A DNA stretch of 11,600 nt from Myxococcota bacterium (GTDB taxonomy: Bacteria; Myxococcota; JACRCW01). The stretch lies in the NCBI GenBank assembly GCA_040752415.1, contig JBFMGU010000314.1, forward strand, positions 1 to 11,600. Reading direction: 5' to 3'. The stretch's first letter is position 1. Every line of letters starts with the position of its first letter. The translations under genes and the position numbers were made by a program. A model generated the notes under the pieces. It was not told the DNA's origin. It saw nothing but the letters and a program-made list of their open reading frames with translations, and did no database searches. Below, in pieces: positions 7,539 through 11,600 of this stretch.

Positions 7539-7945
7539 TGCCGGGCCTGCTGCTGGATACCCATGTGCTCGCCACGCTCATGGGAGGTCCCTCGCCGTTG
7601 AGCGAGCGAGCGCGGGAGGCCATCACTTCGAACACCGGCTACCTGTACGCGTCCGCCATCAGCGGGCTGGAACTGGCCATGCACGTCCGACGGGGAACGG
7701 CCGCGTTCAGCGTTGCGCCTGCCATGCTCGACGACATCCTGGAGCGAGGAGGCATCCACGTCCTCCCGGTGACCTGGCGCGACGCCGCGGAGTCTGACGC
7801 GCTCGTGCTCACCAACCAGGACGGCGCTCGCCACAAAGACCCCTTTGACCGGATCCTCGTGGCAACGGCGCTGCGCCACCAGCTTGCCCTCGTCACCGCG
7901 GACCAGGCGCTCCCCAGGTGCGCGGGACTCACCTGCATCTGGTGA
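7538..7945 (+). CDS. vapC: Type II toxin, PIN-domain ribonuclease (VapC family)
   Basis: LLLDTH, SAISGLE, HKDPFDRILVATA and LVTAD retain the acidic PIN residues. It is translationally coupled to the antitoxin. Confidence 0.92.
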
Positions 7946-8036
7946 CCCCGTCACGGGCATCTCCGTCGTGGGCGCGAGCGGAGACCGAGGCTGGTTTCAT
8001 CCGTCCCATCAGCGGTTTGTCCGCTGCCCGCGCGTC

Positions 8037-8066
8037 TTGACGGGTGCCATTTCCGGTGCCTAGAAG
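8037..8066 (+). promoter_or_regulatory. Possible sigma-70-type promoter for the aminotransferase
   Basis: TTGACG (8037-8042), 18-nt spacer, TAGAAG (8061-8066). The -35 is good but the -10 lacks the final T. Confidence 0.3.
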
Positions 8067-8114
8067 CCCGCCACCCTGGCGCCGCCCCCCCGCCAGGAGC
8101 CTCGAGGAAGTCCC

Positions 8115-9212
8115 ATGGCCAACGCCGCGCATCGCAACGTTCCCCTCAGCCGACCCATCATCTCGGACGACGAGAAGCAGGCCGTGATGAAGGTCCTGGA
8201 CAGCGGCATGCTGGCCCAGGGCCCGGTGGTGGAGAAGTTCGAGCAGGCCTTTGCCAAGGACGTGGGCGTGGAGCACGCCATTGCGGTGTCCAGCGGGACC
8301 GCCGCCCTGCACGTGGCGCTGCTGGCCCACGGCATTGGCCCCGGCGACGAGGTCATCACCTCCAGCTTCAGCTTCATTGCCTCCGCCAACAGCGTGCTCT
8401 ACGTCGGGGCGCGGCCGGTGTTCGCGGACATTGACCCCGTCACCTACAACCTGGACCCCGCCAGCGTGGAGCAGAAGATCACGCCGCGCACCAAGGCGGT
8501 GATGCCGGTGCACCTCTACGGCAACCCCGCGGACATGGATGCGTTCCGCGCGCTCTGCAAGAAGCACAACCTCGTGCTCATCGAGGATGCGTGCCAGGCG
8601 CACGGCGCGGCGGTGCACGGTCAGAAGGTGGGCAGCTTTGGCACCGGCTGCTTCTCGTTCTACCCCACCAAGAACATCACCAGCGGTGAGGGCGGGATGA
8701 TCACCACCCAGGACGCCAACGTGGCCAAGCGCGCGCGCATGATCCGCAACCACGGCATGGTGGAGCGCTACAAGCACGGCATGCTGGGCTTCAACCTGCG
8801 CATGACGGACATCCACGCCGCGCTGGGTCTGGCGCAGCTGGGCAAGCTGGAGGCGCGCAACAACCTGCGTCGTCAGCACGCGCACACGCTCAATGAGCGG
8901 CTCAAGGGCGTGGGGCTTCCCGCCGAGCAGCCCGGCCGGCACCACGTCTTCCACCAGTACACCATCCGTCTTCCCAAGGGCCGCGACGCGGCCGTCGAGC
9001 AGCTGGCCGGGCGCGGCGTGGGCGTGGGCGTCTACTACCCGCGTCCCATCCACCAGCAGAGCTACTACCTGGAGCTCGGCTACCGCGACAGCCTGCCCAA
9101 CACCGAGCGCGCCGCCGTGGAGGTCCTCTCCCTCCCGGTGCGCCCGGACCTCACGCCCGAGGACATCGAGCACATCGTCCTGAGCGTGAACGGTCTGCAG
9201 CTTCCCAACTGA
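8115..9212 (+). CDS. DegT/DnrJ/EryC1/StrS-family PLP-dependent sugar aminotransferase
   Basis: SSGTAALH, GPGDEVIT, PVHLYG, IEDACQAHGA, the catalytic Lys motif SFYPTKNITSGEGG, GFNLRM and VLSLP. GAGGA lies just upstream of the ATG. Confidence 0.96.
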   Translation: MANAAHRNVPLSRPIISDDEKQAVMKVLDSGMLAQGPVVEKFEQAFAKDVGVEHAIAVSSGTAALHVALLAHGIGPGDEVITSSFSFIASANSVLYVGARPVFADIDPVTYNLDPASVEQKITPRTKAVMPVHLYGNPADMDAFRALCKKHNLVLIEDACQAHGAAVHGQKVGSFGTGCFSFYPTKNITSGEGGMITTQDANVAKRARMIRNHGMVERYKHGMLGFNLRMTDIHAALGLAQLGKLEARNNLRRQHAHTLNERLKGVGLPAEQPGRHHVFHQYTIRLPKGRDAAVEQLAGRGVGVGVYYPRPIHQQSYYLELGYRDSLPNTERAAVEVLSLPVRPDLTPEDIEHIVLSVNGLQLPN

Positions 9213-9408
9213 GCCTCTCCGTCGTGGCGGCGGGTCTTTCGCGCGGGTCCGTGCCGTCCCGCGGGGCCGCGTTGCGCCCTCCGTCGGACCAGGTAGATCC
9301 CCCGCAAGGGCGAGTACCTTCCGGCCTCACGTGACGCCCCCAGCGACGTGCTTCTGCTCCGCTGGCCGCTCCTCATGAGCCAGGCGCTCCGCCTTGGTGG
9401 AGGCTGAC

Positions 9409-10140
9409 ATGCGGGTCCTCGTCGTTCTCACGTCCCATGATCGTCTCGGTGACACCGGCAAGAAGACCGGCTTCTGGCTGGAGGAGCTCGCCGCGCCCTA
9501 CTGCGCGCTGAAGGATGCGGGCGTGGAGCTGGTGCTTGCCTCGCCCCAGGGCGGACAGCCGCCGCTGGACCCCAAGAGCGAGCTGCCCGAGAACCAGACC
9601 GCGGCCACCCGCCGCTTCCGCGCCGACGCGCAGGCCACCGGCGACCTGGCCAACACGCACAAGCTCCACGAGCTCACCGCCACCGACTATGACGCCGTCT
9701 TCTATCCCGGCGGCCACGGCCCCATGTGGGACCTCCCCGACAATCCCGCCTCCATCGGGTTGCTGGAGACCATGGTGCGACAGGGCAAGCCGGTGGCGGC
9801 GGTATGCCATGCGCCGGTGGCGCTCTTGAACGTCCGCGCTCCCGACGGAGACTTCCTGGTGAAGGGCAAGCGCGTCACGGGGTTCACCAACTCGGAGGAG
9901 ACGGCGGTGCAGCTGGACAAGGTGGTGCCTTTCCTCCTCGAGGATGAGCTGCAGCGGCGCGGCGCCCGCTTCACCCGCGCCCCGGACTTCGCGCCCCACG
10001 TCGAGGTCGACGGGCTGCTCGTCACCGGCCAGAACCCCGCCTCGTCCGGGCCCGCCGCGGAGTCGTTGTTGAAGCTGCTGCGCGCCAGGGGCCCACGCCC
10101 CCGGGCCGCCGTCCCCGGGGCACCCGGCCTGTCTCCGTGA
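9409..10140 (+). CDS. DJ-1/PfpI/Hsp31-like type 1 glutamine amidotransferase-domain protein (possible glyoxalase III/deglycase)
   Basis: VLTSHD, TGFWLEE, PGGHGPMWDL, the nucleophile motif AVCH, VTGFTNSEE and VTGQNPAS. ATG 9409 follows GGAGG at 9399-9403. Confidence 0.93.
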   Translation: MRVLVVLTSHDRLGDTGKKTGFWLEELAAPYCALKDAGVELVLASPQGGQPPLDPKSELPENQTAATRRFRADAQATGDLANTHKLHELTATDYDAVFYPGGHGPMWDLPDNPASIGLLETMVRQGKPVAAVCHAPVALLNVRAPDGDFLVKGKRVTGFTNSEETAVQLDKVVPFLLEDELQRRGARFTRAPDFAPHVEVDGLLVTGQNPASSGPAAESLLKLLRARGPRPRAAVPGAPGLSP

Positions 10141-10232
10141 GCGTGACGGCAGCGGGGACGGCAACACACGCCGGCTCCGCCATTCGCCATGGTTAGACTG
10201 CACTTAGGCGCGTTGGCCTATGGGGTGTTGCC

Positions 10233-11249
10233 GTGACGCACAGGAGCTGGGACATCGTCGTGGTGGGCGGGTGCAACTACGACTACCTCATGAAGAGCGA
10301 CACGCTTCCCAAGCTGGGGGAGACGCTGGAAGCCCACGCGTTCCAGGCCGCGCCCGGCGGCAAGGGCGCCAACCAGGCCGTGGCGGCGGCACGACTCGGC
10401 GCGCGCGTGGCCATGATTGGGACCGTGGGCGCGGACGGCGCGGGGGAGATCATCCTGGACCGGCTCCGCAGCGAGGGCGTGGACACCCAGCACGTGGCGC
10501 GCGACCCGGTGGCGCCCACCGGCGTGGCCCTGGTTCTCGTCGGGGAGAAGGGCGGCAAGACCATCATGACGGTGCCCGGCGCCAACCGCGCGCTCGCCAC
10601 CCCGCGCGTGCATGAAGCCGCCGAGCTCATCTCCCAGGCGCGCCTGCTCCTCTGCCAGCTGGAGGTGCCCGTGGAGGCGGTGACCGCCGCGCTCCTGCAC
10701 GCGCGCCAGGCGGGAACGCGGACCGTGCTGGACCCCGCGCCGGTGCGCCCGCTCTCCGACCTGCTGCTCTCCTGTGTCGACGTGATCCGCCCCAACGCCG
10801 CGGAAGCGGAAGCGCTCACCGACATTGCCATCACCGACCTCACCGCCGCGCGTCGGGCGGCGCGAGCGCTGCAGCGCAAGGGTGTGCCGGTGGTGGGGAT
10901 CGAGGCGGGCTCGGAGGGGAACCTGCTGGTGTGGCCCGACGGGGAGTGCGTGGTGGGTCGGCTTCCCGTCGAGAGCGTGGACCAGACGGGTGCGGGCGAC
11001 GCCTTCGTGGCCGCGCTGGCGGTGGCCGCGGTGATGGAGCTGCCGTGGGAGGAGGGCGCACGCTGGGCCAACGCCGCCGCCGCGCTGGCCACCACCAAGC
11101 TGGGTGCCATGGCTGGGCTGCCCACCCGTCGTGAGCTGGAGGAATTCCTGCGCGGCCTGGAGGGTGAAGCGGAGCGCGGACCCACGTCGGTGATCACCCG
11201 CCGTCCTCGCCCAGGCGCCACGACCGGGGGCTACGCGGACTGGGATTGA
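10233..11249 (+). CDS. rbsK: Ribokinase (PfkB family)
   Basis: GGKGANQAVAAARLG, PGAN, CQLEVP, LDPAP, PNAAEA and DQTGAGDAF (PfkB signature 2). GTG start. Ribose specificity is inferred from motifs only. Confidence 0.88.
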   Translation: MTHRSWDIVVVGGCNYDYLMKSDTLPKLGETLEAHAFQAAPGGKGANQAVAAARLGARVAMIGTVGADGAGEIILDRLRSEGVDTQHVARDPVAPTGVALVLVGEKGGKTIMTVPGANRALATPRVHEAAELISQARLLLCQLEVPVEAVTAALLHARQAGTRTVLDPAPVRPLSDLLLSCVDVIRPNAAEAEALTDIAITDLTAARRAARALQRKGVPVVGIEAGSEGNLLVWPDGECVVGRLPVESVDQTGAGDAFVAALAVAAVMELPWEEGARWANAAAALATTKLGAMAGLPTRRELEEFLRGLEGEAERGPTSVITRRPRPGATTGGYADWD

Positions 11250-11333
11250 GCGTTCGGGCGGGACCGGGTCGCTGAGTGCTGACGTGACCACGGGGACACC
11301 GGAGAGGGTCTTGCTCACCAACTCCGTGACGTC

Positions 11334-11375
11334 ATGTCACGATTATCATGACATTTGTCACGATTATCGTGACAT
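11334..11375. promoter_or_regulatory. Two abutting 21-bp palindromic direct repeats (putative tandem transcription-factor sites)
   Basis: ATGTCACGATTATCATGACAT (11334-11354) and TTGTCACGATTATCGTGACAT (11355-11375) are 19/21 identical. The second contains the perfect dyad TGTCACGAT-T-ATCGTGACA. The stretch is AT-rich against a GC-rich background. Confidence 0.75.
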
Positions 11376-11455
11376 GCGTTGGCGCGGAGGGGGCAGCCCA
11401 ATGGGGCCATGTAACGACCAACTTACAGTGATTCGCGTTGAAGTTGTCACGCCGC

Positions 11456-11472
11456 TTGGCCTCCGTCTGGCA
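11456..11472 (+). promoter_or_regulatory. Candidate sigma-54 (-24/-12) promoter
   Basis: TTGGCCTCCGTCTGGCA has GG (11458-11459), N10, GC (11470-11471), then A. It is only a partial match to TGGCAC-N5-TTGCW and lies about 80-125 bp downstream of the tandem palindromes. Confidence 0.35.
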
Positions 11473-11515
11473 GAGGGCGCCCGCTACTCCGAGGGAAAGC
11501 GGCACTTCATGCCGC

Positions 11516-11600
11516 AGTCCGAAAGTGCCGGCAGCGTTCGCTCTTGTGACAGGCCGGCACGTTCCCCGACGTGGCACGGGTGCGGGCGTCCTTTCGGACT
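11516..11600. repeat. Nested inverted repeats (structured element cut by the window end)
   Basis: AGTCCGAAAG (11516-11525) pairs with CTTTCGGACT (11591-11600). GTGCCGGC (11525-11532) pairs with GCCGGCAC (11553-11560). Confidence 0.6.

Noticed and set aside
9291..9319. AGGTA...CCC-GCAA-GGG...TACCT hairpin with a GNRA loop as a riboswitch or terminator
   Set aside because: The stems are short, there is no U tract and no other conserved riboswitch elements are visible. An Rfam scan would settle it.
11334..11375. Tandem repeats as a CRISPR array, Fur box or CRP/FNR site
   Set aside because: The two units abut with no spacer and no cas genes are present. Only a Fur half-site (ATTATCA) is there. 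The TGTCA-TGACA spacing is 9 nt rather than the 6 nt of CRP/CooA-type sites.
11332..11577. 81-aa minus-strand ORF ending in VTIIVTNVMIIVT
   Set aside because: The peptide repeat is just the translation of the 21-bp DNA palindromes, and the rest is not protein-like.
11572..11588. TGGCACG as a sigma-54 -24 element
   Set aside because: The GC falls 11 nt after the GG rather than the strictly required 10, and there is no TTGC.

Overview
GC-rich (roughly 70% by eye) bacterial chromosomal window. Its gene content (GAF-PAS kinase, signal-less PhnD-like protein, candidate sigma-54 layout) would fit a myxobacterium or deltaproteobacterium, which is an inference. In order it encodes: a CoA-binding protein, an orphan GAF-PAS histidine kinase, an M48 zinc protease with zinc ribbons at both ends (minus strand), a small membrane protein, a PhnD-like binding protein, a FecCD/BtuC permease plus ATPase, a Phd-VapC toxin-antitoxin pair, a DegT-family aminotransferase, a DJ-1/PfpI protein and a ribokinase. 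The most unusual signals are non-coding. (1) A 292-bp MITE-like foldback element at 2656-2947 has 24-bp imperfect terminal inverted repeats, TTA on both flanks and a perfect 40-bp internal inverted repeat. A second copy in the same orientation is cut by the window start (1-174), so the two copies bracket the CoA-binding and kinase genes. (2) Two tandem 21-bp palindromes at 11334-11375 lie upstream of a possible sigma-54 promoter and a heavily base-paired region that runs off the window end. I cannot show from sequence alone that any of this is a new system.
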